In this document: piece by piece, positions 14,793 to 26,000 of the stretch
Layout: every line of letters starts with the position of its first letter
Position numbering within the stretch: position 1 is the stretch's first letter
IMG/VR virus record: IMGVR_UViG_3300047558_000137
Location: 310,315-374,314 of that record
Length of the DNA stretch: 64,000 nt
Direction: 5' to 3' (one strand)
Position numbers and translations under genes: made by a program
The notes under the pieces: generated by a model
The model's input: only the letters and a program-made list of their open reading frames with translations
What the model was told of the DNA's origin: nothing
Databases searched by the model: none

Positions 14793-15377
14793 ATGTCAAA
14801 TACTCTTTTACTCAATGCAAACTATGATCCAATTTCGATTCTGCCACTGAGCGTAATCAATTGGCAACATGCACTAAAGTTGTACTTCTTAGATCGTGTT
14901 ACGATTATAGAATCCTACGACGATTGGGTAGTACGCAGTGAAAAGCTCACTATCAACGTGCCCAGCGTTTGCGTGACTAAAGAATACTTTAACTACAAAA
15001 GAGCAGTTAAGTTTAGTCGTGCCAACATGTATCTACGTGATTTGTATACTTGCCAATATTGTGGCGAAGTATTTCAAAGTACAGCACTAACCATCGACCA
15101 CGTGATTCCACGTATGGCTGGCGGTAAGACTAACTTTGAAAACTGTGTAACTAGTTGCAAGCCATGTAACCATCGCAAGGGTAGCAAGCTGATGAAGCCA
15201 CTGCGTGAGCCTTATAAGCCTGATTACTATAGTTTGGTTGCTAAATGGAAGGATCGCAAGATCCATGTGCCAAAGGCATCATGGTATCAGTATCTAGGTA
15301 TTAAGAATCCTGCCCTGGCAGAGGACGCTGTTGATACTGAGGGTGCTTATCTAGGTAACTTTCGATTTGACGTCTAA
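14793..15377 (+). CDS. HNH endonuclease
   Basis: RDLYTCQYCG...TIDHVIPR..GG...N.VTSCKPCNHRKG. Confidence 0.92.
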   Translation: MSNTLLLNANYDPISILPLSVINWQHALKLYFLDRVTIIESYDDWVVRSEKLTINVPSVCVTKEYFNYKRAVKFSRANMYLRDLYTCQYCGEVFQSTALTIDHVIPRMAGGKTNFENCVTSCKPCNHRKGSKLMKPLREPYKPDYYSLVAKWKDRKIHVPKASWYQYLGIKNPALAEDAVDTEGAYLGNFRFDV

Positions 15378-15702
15378 GATCTCTAGCGTCTGCAAAGTTA
15401 ATTAAAAACCATAAATCCGTCCCGGTCTTGGCGTTGTATTCACGTTCAAGTTCGCGACGGGTTTTTTCTTTTGGATTCTCTATTGTTCCAACTGGACTGG
15501 CTACACCGTATTCTGTACTGTTAGGAACGTTGTCCATTAAGCCTGCTACTGCACCCTGTAGGCCACCCGGAACTGGTGCTGTTTCAACAATACCTGCTAA
15601 TTTTTTAATTTCAGATAAGTCTGCGGCATCCATAACTGCATCTTGCTCACCTGTTTCTCCAGGCAGAACAAAGTTAGCACTTGTTATACGATACTGCTTC
15701 AT
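15301..15702 (-). CDS. Hypothetical protein
   Basis: Coupled to upstream ORF; contains IKKLAGI motif. Confidence 0.7.
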   Translation of the reverse strand: MKQYRITSANFVLPGETGEQDAVMDAADLSEIKKLAGIVETAPVPGGLQGAVAGLMDNVPNSTEYGVASPVGTIENPKEKTRRELEREYNAKTGTDLWFLINFADARDLRRQIESYLDKHPQYQQRPLPGQDS

Positions 15703-16094
15703 TTCTTTTTAGATTTTAATTGAACTGGCCCGGGGTTGCGATGTGGACTATGTTTATGAGTATCTTCTGGCTCAGCACTTTTAGACCACGGTTGAATTTT
15801 TTTAACATCGCCCGGAATTGTTGCGTCTGCCTGACGAAACATGTTGTATTCTTCTTCTGTATAAGGATGTTCACTGTTATACTTCTCAATCCAACTATAA
15901 GCATCCATATCAACTGGCTTACTAGGATCTTTACCATCAGCCATGGCAGTAGCCATCCATTTACGGTTAGCATAATTAACACGGTCATATCCGCCGTCGT
16001 CGCGACTAACAGTTATACTTTTTTGCACCGCTTTGTGTTCGGGCTTTACTGTTCCATGGATATTTTCTGTAATGATAATGTCAGTGATTTTCAT
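15699..16094 (-). CDS. Hypothetical protein, possible internal head protein
   Basis: TAAATA-N5-ATG; N-terminus MKITDIIITE. Confidence 0.75.
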   Translation of the reverse strand: MKITDIIITENIHGTVKPEHKAVQKSITVSRDDGGYDRVNYANRKWMATAMADGKDPSKPVDMDAYSWIEKYNSEHPYTEEEYNMFRQADATIPGDVKKIQPWSKSAEPEDTHKHSPHRNPGPVQLKSKKK

Positions 16095-16102
16095 ATAAGT
16101 AT

Positions 16103-16861
16103 TTAGCGTAATTTTCTTAAAAAATAATTAGCAATTGCCATATGAGATTCTATAGATAGCTGGGATATTTTTGTACCCTGAGATGGCAAGTACGTAAACA
16201 TACCATCAATCGGTTCTCTATTTCTGTTAATGATCAGCTCATGCAGCTCTGAACCAATTGATTTAGCAGTTTGTGCTATTAGCAATTGATTTTTTCTATA
16301 GTTGTAGTTGTTACTTACCCAATCAATGTGGTCCCACCAATCAGTATAAGGGACTTCATTTATTTCTGAATATATACCGCCTTGAAATTTTTTACTAACA
16401 AACTCTCTAGTAGAAAATCCGGGCCACAATATGCAAACATGTTTTACTGCCCCATCTAATGCTAACATTGCTTTAGCTAAAATACGGGCCATTCCATCAG
16501 GACTTAAACTAGGTACACTTAAATTAACTACAGTTTCTGATCTTTGATTTTGTATAAGTGATGAAAATATATTATTAAACTCAACGCCTCGACCCATTCC
16601 ATCACTGTCACTTATAACTAAAATTAATTCTTTTGTTTTTAAGTCATCTAAGATGTAATCAAAATTTGATCTGTACCCTAGGTTATTAAACGTATAGTTG
16701 ATGCCCGCTTGTTCTAGTGTTATATCGTGTACATCTGGTCCTGTTAGTTGTATTCCATGGCGTGTCACAACTGCCCATGCAGGTGGAATTTCAGGTTTCC
16801 AATGTTCGTTAGGCAAGTGATCTTTGCCTAATAGCTGTTCTATTTGTTCTACTAGATCCAT
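16103..16861 (-). CDS. SGNH-hydrolase-like hypothetical protein
   Basis: YTFNNLGYRS...ISDSDGMGRGV...VVNLSV. Confidence 0.55.
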   Translation of the reverse strand: MDLVEQIEQLLGKDHLPNEHWKPEIPPAWAVVTRHGIQLTGPDVHDITLEQAGINYTFNNLGYRSNFDYILDDLKTKELILVISDSDGMGRGVEFNNIFSSLIQNQRSETVVNLSVPSLSPDGMARILAKAMLALDGAVKHVCILWPGFSTREFVSKKFQGGIYSEINEVPYTDWWDHIDWVSNNYNYRKNQLLIAQTAKSIGSELHELIINRNREPIDGMFTYLPSQGTKISQLSIESHMAIANYFLRKLR

Positions 16862-16873
16862 GGAGTATTTAAG

Positions 16874-16900
16874 AAAAAAGCGAGCCCGGGCTCGCTTTTT
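16874..16900. terminator. Bidirectional intrinsic terminator
   Basis: AAAAAAGCGAGC-CCGG-GCTCGCTTTTT. Confidence 0.8.
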
Positions 16901-16919
16901 ATTTGGGGCAAGTTAATAA

Positions 16920-18914
16920 TCAATTAACTTTTTTGATACTTTCGTATTCAGCAGCTAATGATGCTTCTAACGCTAGAATCGATTCGTCTGTTGAACGAAC
17001 TGGTTTAGCTGGACGGTTTGGTTGCTGTGTCATACGGTTGTCACCTGGGCCACCGTACATGCTCTTTTCACCTGCATCGCCTTCGCCAGGGCCCATTGTG
17101 CTAGCATCCATGCTGTAATAATCTTCTTCTGGCTCATTGGCAAATTCTTCTTCGATGCCTTCGTCACCAATGCTTACCATTTCTGGTTCAGCTGGTTGAG
17201 ACATAGCTTGATTGCTATCGCCAGCTAAGCCAGCAATCTTCAACATCTGCATTAGCTCGTCAACTGCACTGCCGTCTGCACTGATAGTAACATTCTTGTT
17301 ACCGTCTGTACTTTGGTTTGTGTTAACAGAAATGTTGCCATCTTTTTCCATTCCTGGGACGCCTGGCATATCGCACTCATCCATTTCGTCGATGTCTACT
17401 TGTTTAACAGCATTGGTACCAGGAATCTTTTGACCGATTGCAATGTCGTCATTTTCTAGACCACCAGTGAAACGGTTACCTTCTTCTACTTCATCAGTGT
17501 CAAAAGTTTGACCAAATGCGCTAAATTCGTCACGGCCTGCTTTTTCCGCGGCGTTATCTTGTTGGCTAATGTATTCACCACGACTAGCTTCGTCCATGTC
17601 TGCTTCATCAATGTCTCCACGTAGGCGATCAAAATCGGCTGCTGTTAATTTACCTTTTGGTTCTGCAACATCTAAACGATCTTGATTACCAGGTAAGTCG
17701 CGGCTTTCAGCAACATTCAATCCTGCTAAACGAGCTAGCTCATTTAGTTCAGCATCTTCCATTGTGCGCTTGTTCATAGTATGACGAGTTAATGCATCGC
17801 CTGTTGGGCCACCTAGTGCATCAATTGCCTTGTTAACACCACCAGCAACTGCGCCTGCAGCACGAGCAACAATACCAGGCTTGGCAGTAGGTGTTCTGAA
17901 GTCTGGGTTTAATGCCATAGCATCTTGACCAGCTGGGCCAGGTGGATATCCACGTGGGTTACCTACGCCGTCTGTAACAATCTTCTTACCATGATTGTGA
18001 ATCTTTAAGAAGGCTTCTAGCTTGTCACTGCAATGACCTGTTTTCTTAAATGTGTTGATGTCTTGTTGTAGTTCAGACAACATTTCGCCAACAGTCATGT
18101 CAGTTTCTTTCATCATGTCAGCAAAGTTAATGCCTTCTTTGATGCTCTTAGCAATCTCATGCCCTTTAGAGACTACCTTCTTTGGTAAGTTATGTGCTGG
18201 CTTTGTGCCATAGCCTGCTTGCTTCTTAGCTGCTGCCATACCGATTGCATATTTGTTTTTCGGTGCTTCGTTTACGCTTTCGCCCCAATGTCCTGCATCG
18301 CCGGAGTCATTATGAGGATCTGCTTTACCTTTGATTTTGCGACCTTCTTTGCCACTAGGTGGGGTATCAGGTGTACGACCAAATGGGTCATTACTCTTAG
18401 GGCCGGACATTGGCTTTTCATTTGTGTCTTCTTTGTCGCGGTAACCATAGTCACCTTTGTGTACTTTACCTTCTTCCATGCTGTGCTCAGTACAAGTACC
18501 AGCTTCGCACATTGCACATTCTTCAACACTTTCGGCCCAACCTGCTGCTTGAGCTGCACGAGTCAATGAACCTTTGTCCATCTTAGAACCTTTAGCAATA
18601 GCTTGGTCAGCAACACTGGCTGCTGTTTGTGTTGTGTTTGGCTTCTTAGCCTGTGGCGCCATTGTAACTTTATTCATGTTGCGTGGATCTAAATCTGTTG
18701 CTACCTTGCTAGCCAATGCGCCAAAGCCTTCAGCAAATTGGTGTGCTAGTTTAGCTTCAATTTTATTAACACCTTCTAGTACGCTACCTTTGGCTTCTAC
18801 GCTTTCACGTATTTGTTGCACCAGGGCATCATGCTTTTCTTGTGGAGTTGGCTTTAAAGATTCCAACTTGCCTAATATACTATAAATGTTGTCGTGGGGG
18901 AAATTTTTGCTCAT
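16920..18914 (-). CDS. Large acidic low-complexity protein, probable prohead core/internal head protein
   Basis: Many (V/I/M)xE motifs typical of gp21 protease substrates; two RLAGL-like motifs. Confidence 0.65.
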   Translation of the reverse strand: MSKNFPHDNIYSILGKLESLKPTPQEKHDALVQQIRESVEAKGSVLEGVNKIEAKLAHQFAEGFGALASKVATDLDPRNMNKVTMAPQAKKPNTTQTAASVADQAIAKGSKMDKGSLTRAAQAAGWAESVEECAMCEAGTCTEHSMEEGKVHKGDYGYRDKEDTNEKPMSGPKSNDPFGRTPDTPPSGKEGRKIKGKADPHNDSGDAGHWGESVNEAPKNKYAIGMAAAKKQAGYGTKPAHNLPKKVVSKGHEIAKSIKEGINFADMMKETDMTVGEMLSELQQDINTFKKTGHCSDKLEAFLKIHNHGKKIVTDGVGNPRGYPPGPAGQDAMALNPDFRTPTAKPGIVARAAGAVAGGVNKAIDALGGPTGDALTRHTMNKRTMEDAELNELARLAGLNVAESRDLPGNQDRLDVAEPKGKLTAADFDRLRGDIDEADMDEASRGEYISQQDNAAEKAGRDEFSAFGQTFDTDEVEEGNRFTGGLENDDIAIGQKIPGTNAVKQVDIDEMDECDMPGVPGMEKDGNISVNTNQSTDGNKNVTISADGSAVDELMQMLKIAGLAGDSNQAMSQPAEPEMVSIGDEGIEEEFANEPEEDYYSMDASTMGPGEGDAGEKSMYGGPGDNRMTQQPNRPAKPVRSTDESILALEASLAAEYESIKKVN

Positions 18915-18916
18915 GA

Positions 18917-19501
18917 TTAACCTCTAGGTTTACGATATACTGTATTCTGTGTTGTGCCTACAGGACTTGTAGTACCGACACCTTCAGTCGACATTGCGCC
19001 AGACTTTTCACCTTCAGCAGCAAATTCAAATTTGCGGCTTTCTAATTCTTTTAGTAGACTACCTACACGAACTTGTCCAGATAGTTCTTGTCCACCTTCT
19101 GTTGCTTTTAATTCAGCGTCAGTTAGAATAGCACCTGTGTTACCTTGTCCTAAACCTTCTGCTTCTTCTGTATCAACAGCTTCATTTAGATTACGTACAC
19201 AAATCCAATCTGGATTTAACATTGCACGTTCTTTGATTGTTTGACGTATTTGAACAGTGGTTGCAGGATATGTTACTTTAACATCAAACTGCCAGCACTC
19301 ACATGCACCCCACTGTGGGAATTCTCTGTGTTCCATAATTGGAAGACTTTTAACTGGACTAACACTTTCTAGCTGATATGTTTCTAGTGCGTGTTTGATA
19401 CGGTCCATTACTTCGCCTTTTGGCTCAATTGTTGCCAATTTGATACGAAACTCATATGGCTTGTTAAGCTCAAAAATGTATGACTGAAATGCTTTCATCA
19501 T
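18917..19501 (-). CDS. Hypothetical virion protein
   Basis: Late box upstream; N-terminus MMKAFQSYIFE resembles the T4 capsid targeting sequence. Confidence 0.7.
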   Translation of the reverse strand: MMKAFQSYIFELNKPYEFRIKLATIEPKGEVMDRIKHALETYQLESVSPVKSLPIMEHREFPQWGACECWQFDVKVTYPATTVQIRQTIKERAMLNPDWICVRNLNEAVDTEEAEGLGQGNTGAILTDAELKATEGGQELSGQVRVGSLLKELESRKFEFAAEGEKSGAMSTEGVGTTSPVGTTQNTVYRKPRG

Positions 19502-19535
19502 TATAATCCTATATTCTATATTTAGCCAGAAAGGC

Positions 19536-20030
19536 TCATTTATCTTTCTTGCCTAGTATCTGTTTTAGTAGTTCATTGCGATCAAGCACAACGCCCTGCC
19601 CATCAATTGGTTCTTCTGGGTCGGCTGCACCCGTTTTTGCATCTTTTTTAATTTGGTGATCTAGTCTAGCTTTGGCTAGTTGCAGGTTGATCATACGCAA
19701 CTTCTTGTCCATTTTGGCTGTTTTAGCTGTAATGGCGTGCCCTAATAGTGTACCTGCTGTTTGAAATATAACGCCACCAAAACGTGGGTCAACATTCATA
19801 CCTAAATCAAGTAGGTCTTCGGCTTTGCTTTTTGCCAGCTCTGCTAGTTCATCTAGATCGGAATCGCTTGAGTCCAGATCTGATACTAAAGGCAGTGCTG
19901 CATCAATTTTATCAATTGCTAGATCTACTTCGGCAATAATTGCTTTGTTTTCTTCAACAGTAGCTTTGGCTTCTTCTGTTGTAATTGAAGCTTCGGGTAG
20001 ATTAAATAGTTCTTCGAGTTTTTTGGTCAT
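19536..20030 (-). CDS. Putative terminase small subunit
   Basis: 164-aa helical protein ending DRNELLKQI, similar in size and C-terminus to gp16-type proteins. Confidence 0.55.
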   Translation of the reverse strand: MTKKLEELFNLPEASITTEEAKATVEENKAIIAEVDLAIDKIDAALPLVSDLDSSDSDLDELAELAKSKAEDLLDLGMNVDPRFGGVIFQTAGTLLGHAITAKTAKMDKKLRMINLQLAKARLDHQIKKDAKTGAADPEEPIDGQGVVLDRNELLKQILGKKDK

Positions 20031-20038
20031 ACCAATAT

Positions 20039-20476
20039 TTATTTGGCACGGCCCTGGTGGAAAATATCGTTTTCGGTAACAACTCTAAACTTTAGTCCCT
20101 GTGCCGCACACCAAGCACGGGCCGCTTCCCATTTTGCCATATTTAGAACTGCGGCCGCTTGGGCACGTGGACTACGTCCAGCTTCTTGTAAACTGGTTTC
20201 TTTTGTTGGTTTTACTTCTATTACTTCAGCATGTTGTTTGCCCGCGGCATCTACGTAGACCATTAAAAAGTCTGGTACATAGATGGTCATTTTATTTGTA
20301 AATGGATTGCGGTAACTAATATGTATTGCTTCACTGGCCCATTGTGTAACTGCTGGATTGTTATCACAAAAGGTCATAAACGTATGTTCCCACCCTGAGC
20401 GATAAGTTGGTGCTTTGTTCCCTACATACTTCGCTGGATTTTGTATTTGATATTTGCCTTGGGCGTATTTGCTCAT
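20039..20476 (-). CDS. Head completion nuclease (T4 gp4-like, TnsA-like fold)
   Basis: NPAKY.G, YRSGWE, W.SE, YVPDF, EVKP, AKWEAA, F.VVTE. Confidence 0.92.
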   Translation of the reverse strand: MSKYAQGKYQIQNPAKYVGNKAPTYRSGWEHTFMTFCDNNPAVTQWASEAIHISYRNPFTNKMTIYVPDFLMVYVDAAGKQHAEVIEVKPTKETSLQEAGRSPRAQAAAVLNMAKWEAARAWCAAQGLKFRVVTENDIFHQGRAK

Positions 20477-20865
20477 AATAGAATTGTTCTAGCAACGTAA
20501 GGACTAGTCTTTGTAGTTCCTCTGATTCCCAACGTACTTGTTGGTGCTCTGTTGATATTTAAAAAAGCAATTAGATAATTGTTTAATTGACCTTTAGGCA
20601 AACGCTGGAATTCGCTTAATACATTTAACGGATTTATATTCTGTGCCATTGCTGTATATAAAACTGCTGCCGCTAAATTTTTTGCAGCCATTTTATTACT
20701 AGTATACTGTTCAAAGAATCCTAGAATAGCTGCATCAGTATCCGACGAAACATTAAACGGAATAGAATAAAAATTGTTAAAATATTTTCTTGCATCTAAT
20801 TTATCTGTTGCTAGGCTAATGTCTGGACCCGATAAATTTGTTGCTGTAGTTATCTGTGTAGTCAT
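20473..20865 (-). CDS. Hypothetical protein
   Basis: Coupled ORF in the structural block. Confidence 0.75.
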   Translation of the reverse strand: MTTQITTATNLSGPDISLATDKLDARKYFNNFYSIPFNVSSDTDAAILGFFEQYTSNKMAAKNLAAAVLYTAMAQNINPLNVLSEFQRLPKGQLNNYLIAFLNINRAPTSTLGIRGTTKTSPYVARTILL

Positions 20866-20872
20866 AATTTAA

Positions 20873-22369
20873 TTACTCGTAATAGCCACTGGAGAATACA
20901 TCAAAAGACATACCAGATGGTGCGTTAAACAGATAATCAGAGTATATATTGGAAGATACTGCACCAGAGAATAGCTCACTTGCTGGTTTTGCAATATTCT
21001 CAGATACAAAACCTCCAATACTGTTAGAAATCTGATCAGATACTTTACCTACGTAGGCATTAATTGCAGTTGATGCATAACCTATTGCATATTGTGTTGC
21101 CATGTTTTGTACTGTTGCTAATGCAGCCTTAGGATTAGCAATAACTGATGCAGCCATACCAACAATAGATTGACCATTACTGCCAAGGCCCTTAGCAATG
21201 CCGCCAATAACCCCGTTAGCCAATGAACTAGCGGCATTATTAACAATTCCATAGCCTGCTGCCTGAAGTTGTTGGCCAACACTTTGACTGCTACTTACGC
21301 CCCTGGCTAGGCTACCAAAACTAGGAACTGCAATACCACCATTGTTAACAACCGACCCGGCAGCAAATAATGTACTTTGATTAAACACTGAACTAAATGT
21401 AGTTGCACCGGTAAATGTTGCTGAAGATGTTGTGCCAGCAACATAGTAATAAGGGTTTCTTGTAGCAGGACTATCTGCTAAGTCCGTAATAGTGTCCGGT
21501 ACTTGTTGTGTAGTTCTAGAACTGTTATCATAATGTAAATCAATGAACCCGCCAACGTTGTTTTCTGTAACATACCCTGTTAGATATTTTACTGTTTCAT
21601 ATTGCACAGTCATGTCGTGTTGCATGAGATTGTTTTCTCCCATGGTATGATCGCCATGCTTGAAACTTGTAATGATTGGATTTATTAATTCGTATTCGCT
21701 AAACTGTCCTTGATACAAACTATAAATTCTAATAGCTTGTATGTATTGATATTCTTGATAACTGTTAGTTGAAGTGTAATAACTGCCAACTGGCATTGGG
21801 CGAGGAGTATATCCCCATTCGAAATTTGTACGGCTTTGATATTTGTGAGGTGCAGAATATGTTACATCATTATAATCTGGATCTCTATAAAAGTAACTGT
21901 AGTAGTCATACCAAAAATTTCTCACGTTATCTGCCTGGTCGTCGTGAAATGAAATTGTTACTGGATCGTAATTAATTTTATTCTGTGTAATATTTTTACG
22001 ATTGTAGGCATTGTGAATTTTTGTATCGATGCTAAACTTTGGTAGTGTAACGCTCTTAACAATTACACCAAGTTCTTGTGCTGCGTGATTGCTAACTGTA
22101 CTAATCAATGGATTAAAATCAAATTCTACATAAAATAGAAATCCATATTTAGGACTTAGTCTAAATTGACTGTCTGTAAATATTCTAGCAGCGTGTTTGT
22201 AATCATGAAGTATTTCTTCTCTAGGGGCCGCGGCTATTGTCGTTTTTGCTGTGCTAGGATAATTATCTATACCTGTCAAAATTCGCTGAGGAGAGGAAGT
22301 TAAGTCGGCTTTAACACCTTTTGCATAGTTGTTAAGTCCAAAGACAGGGTTTAATACTTGGTCGGCCAT
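20873..22369 (-). CDS. Tail-tube-fold protein (baseplate tube initiator-like)
   Basis: VKSVTLPKF...YDPVTISFHDD tube-family motif; start set at MADQ, 5 nt after TAAATA. Confidence 0.7.
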   Translation of the reverse strand: MADQVLNPVFGLNNYAKGVKADLTSSPQRILTGIDNYPSTAKTTIAAAPREEILHDYKHAARIFTDSQFRLSPKYGFLFYVEFDFNPLISTVSNHAAQELGVIVKSVTLPKFSIDTKIHNAYNRKNITQNKINYDPVTISFHDDQADNVRNFWYDYYSYFYRDPDYNDVTYSAPHKYQSRTNFEWGYTPRPMPVGSYYTSTNSYQEYQYIQAIRIYSLYQGQFSEYELINPIITSFKHGDHTMGENNLMQHDMTVQYETVKYLTGYVTENNVGGFIDLHYDNSSRTTQQVPDTITDLADSPATRNPYYYVAGTTSSATFTGATTFSSVFNQSTLFAAGSVVNNGGIAVPSFGSLARGVSSSQSVGQQLQAAGYGIVNNAASSLANGVIGGIAKGLGSNGQSIVGMAASVIANPKAALATVQNMATQYAIGYASTAINAYVGKVSDQISNSIGGFVSENIAKPASELFSGAVSSNIYSDYLFNAPSGMSFDVFSSGYYE

Positions 22370-22385
22370 AACAATATTTATCAAT

Positions 22386-22414
22386 AAAAAACCCGGCGTT
22401 TTACTGCCGGGTTA
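22386..22414 (-). terminator. Intrinsic terminator after tail tube gene
   Basis: AACCCGGC/GCCGGGTT stem followed by TTTATT on minus strand. Confidence 0.75.
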
Positions 22415-22438
22415 AATTTTTCATTATTCTTTCGAATA

Positions 22439-23056
22439 TTAGTTAATTGCTGATCCAGGTGTCTTTGTAACAACTGTACGGCTACCAACCCCACCGCCAA
22501 CTGATTGAACTGCGTTATCAAACTTAATTGTTAATGCAATCTGCACAGGGTCGTTACTGTTGTATGCCATATCGCCCCAATCAACTTGGCTTAAGAAGCA
22601 ACCATATAGGTCCCATGCTTCAAGTACGATTGGAGTACTAGCGCCGTTACCGCCGTCTAACACTTCATAGCTCATTTGGAATTTGTAGTTAATACCAGAT
22701 GCTGCACTAGCTTGTTCTAAGAAATCGTATTGCTTTTGAACTTGCTCTGCAACAATCTTGCTAACTGCACCAGTAGAATCATCGCGTAAGTTTACGGTTG
22801 TTTCTTGCCATTCTGGTTTACCTTGTAGATATACTTTGCTGTTGTAAACATCAATTGTAATTGGGTTGAAGTTTACGTTCGGGCGCTTAATATCCACAAC
22901 TTGTTTAGTTAACTCGTTCGTTTCGTTTGATACACCAAAATTAGTAAATGTTGCACGAAAACGATACTTTAATTTTGGCATCAACAAACCCTGGCTCTCT
23001 GAGCTTTGGTTATTTGCTAGAGGCACTGTAAATTTGCTTAATGATCCTGTTGCCAT
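22439..23056 (-). CDS. Tail tube protein (gp19-like)
   Basis: PKLKYRFR, GKPEW, W.LYGCF; directly downstream of sheath. Confidence 0.9.
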   Translation of the reverse strand: MATGSLSKFTVPLANNQSSESQGLLMPKLKYRFRATFTNFGVSNETNELTKQVVDIKRPNVNFNPITIDVYNSKVYLQGKPEWQETTVNLRDDSTGAVSKIVAEQVQKQYDFLEQASAASGINYKFQMSYEVLDGGNGASTPIVLEAWDLYGCFLSQVDWGDMAYNSNDPVQIALTIKFDNAVQSVGGGVGSRTVVTKTPGSAIN

Positions 23057-23093
23057 TTGTTATTCTCCTGTTACTCTTATTTATCCAAACTTC

Positions 23094-26000
23094 TTAGGTA
23101 GAAGCTGCCCCTAAATTAGCGATTGTTCCAGGATTGTACAAGGCTATAGGAATGTAAATAAACTCAACATCACGCATTGGCTCAACAGCAACGTCAACAT
23201 ATAGTTGATTGTTTGCAATTGCGCTAGATGTGTTATTGTTAGAGTCACAAATTACTAAGAAGTCATATAGACCGCGCTTGCTTAGAACATCGTGTAACGC
23301 ACTTTCAATTTGACGTGCAATAGTTTTTCTTGTTACAACGTCATTTGGTTCAAACAAGAAACCATTGCTGATTGTCTTGAAGACTGTGCGTAGATAGTTT
23401 TCTAGACGTACAACATTAATCTTGTTTCTAGAAGTTGTGTCGCCACTACGTGTTTCTTGACCCCAGATTACTAAACCTGTACCAGGCAATTGTGTAATTG
23501 GGTTAATATTTAATGAATATAGTGAATCACGTAGACCTTGGTTAATACCGTTGTGTACAAATGCACCAGTAGTTTTATTAATATAACCAATGTCACTGAT
23601 GTTGCTTACTAGACCACGATGTACACCAGCTGGTGCAAACCATTGATAGCTAACATTATCGTTGTACAAGAATGTACGTAGTACTGCATGACTTGCTGGT
23701 ACTGCAACTGTATTTCCTGCTAGGTCGTTTGTTAAACCAGCTGGGTAATACACACCTAGGTATGGGCTAGCTGTTGCTAGGCCGTCACCATTGGTATTGT
23801 TGCTCCAATTTGTAATGTCAGTGGTAGATGGTGCTAATGTCATTGGTGTGTCACCAATGATAAAACCAGTATTACCACGATCATTGTTTAACGTTACTAA
23901 GTTGTCAATTAGCTCTGGATAACCAGGTGCAACTAGCAAGTTAAAGTTGTAAGTTTCTTCACGAACGTCAATGTTACTATCAACTGCTGACTGTAAAGCT
24001 GCTACAACAATAGCACGTTGAGCTGCTGAACCTGCCTTCATAACACCGTTCTCATCTAATCCGCTATCGCTAACCCAAGAGTCAGTAATAGTTGGTGTGC
24101 TTGTTGGCAAACCTAATGTGTTAGAACCAGCTGGGAAACTTGCGGCGTTAAAATAGTCTGCTACAAATTTCTTAACGTTATAACCGCTGCGGCGTGTGTT
24201 AAACAACAAGATACCACGTGGATATAGTTTGTAGTTAGGTGCATCTAGATCTAGATAATCGCTAGTTAGCATATCAACTGTAGATGGGATGCCTTCATTG
24301 ATTGGATCCACTGCGCCGTCTGCACTCCAACGTGCGTCAGCAAAAATGATACCATTTGAGCTTACGTGATCGGTGTTGTCTATTGCTACCCATGCGCTAC
24401 CGTTATAACGATATAGACTTGGATAGTTTACTAAATCACTGCTGTCTAACCAAATATCGCCAGCTGCTAAAGCAGTACTGTCGCTTTGGCTTGTTGGCTG
24501 ACTTGCGCTTACGATAACACCCATTGGGTCAGTGTTTCCTAATACATAACCGCGACTATCTGTGCCGGCACCTTGGTAGCCTTTCCAACCAGAACTAGTA
24601 TTAACCATAATATCTACTTCGCTTGGATTGCTGTAATACCACAAAGTTCCGTCAACTGGGTTGCTAGTTGGGGCGCTCGCTTGGTATGATATAAAGCGGT
24701 TTTGTCCTGTAAAATTACCAATATTTACAACATCGGTAATAGGGTTTACAGTGTATCCTACACGTTGGTATGGTACTAAACTTGTGTTATCTACTACAAA
24801 TCCTGCATCTTGCAATGGTGTATCACTTACGTTTGTTAAAGTAACTTGGCCACCTAGTGCATGGCTGATAGTAATAGTTCCATTGCTATTAACCTCTGCA
24901 GATACATAAGGAACGTTGGCCGCTAAAATTGCTGTAACAAAATCTTCAGCTGACCCGCTGCTTAATGCAGGGATAGTTGCACTATTTGTTACGCCGCCTA
25001 TTCCTGTTGCGCCAATAGTAAATGATCCAGTGATATCTGTCGGTGTATCACCTGTTCCAGATGAAGACACATTATCTGTTGATCCACCTTGTACAGAGAA
25101 TGTCAACGCATTATATGTAGTATCACCTACTAGATATGTTGCAACTGTTGTACCGTGCGGAATATTTTGGCCACCACCAGCTGGGTCTAAGTTAGCAATT
25201 GCGCTAACAAAACCAGTATACATAGAAACGCCAACTGAAGCCCAGCTGTCAGTTGATGCGTTGTATTTCTTCAATGAAGGATTAAAACCGCCACCTGTTG
25301 ATGTAGTTTTCCACCATACACTTCCTGATGGGCGAGGTTGAGAATCTGATGCGTACCAGCCACCTGTTGGCTGTTGAGCATAAGTGCCGTAGAAGAAATA
25401 TGGGCAGTAGTAAGGGTTGCCTGAACCTACTGTAATTCCACAATTGTCCAACGGTGTATTTGTTGAATCAGATTCAACAAGAATTAGTTTACCGTCGGCT
25501 GATCCACCTGTACTTGCAGCTGAACTTGTTACATAGAATGACAAATAGCCGTCATTTACTTTTGCCTTAACACCAGTAATTGCTGCTGCGTTAACTGCCG
25601 CAGCCAACGCTGCTACTGTACCAGTGTTAAATGTAACTGTTGTACCGTTAACAGAAATAGTGCTAGCACCAGCTGTTAATGTTAGTGTTGGGTTAGCAAC
25701 TGTACCTGTTGCAACTGGCAATGATAACTGCCACTCTGGGCTACCAACTTGTACCCAAACGTTAGGGCCTGGACCACCTGAGCCTGTTACAACTGCACTT
25801 GAACCAGTTTTGGAAAATAAACGAATGTAACCTAGTGGTTTAACGCTAGTATCTACTGCAACTAATGCATAGTCACCTGGCTTACCAATTGATGCAACTG
25901 GGGTAGCTACATCTGTTGTGCCGTTATATGTGCTATATGTAACCTTGTTACTATCTGTAACTACAATAGGATTAATATGAGTAAATCCTGGTGTTGCAGA

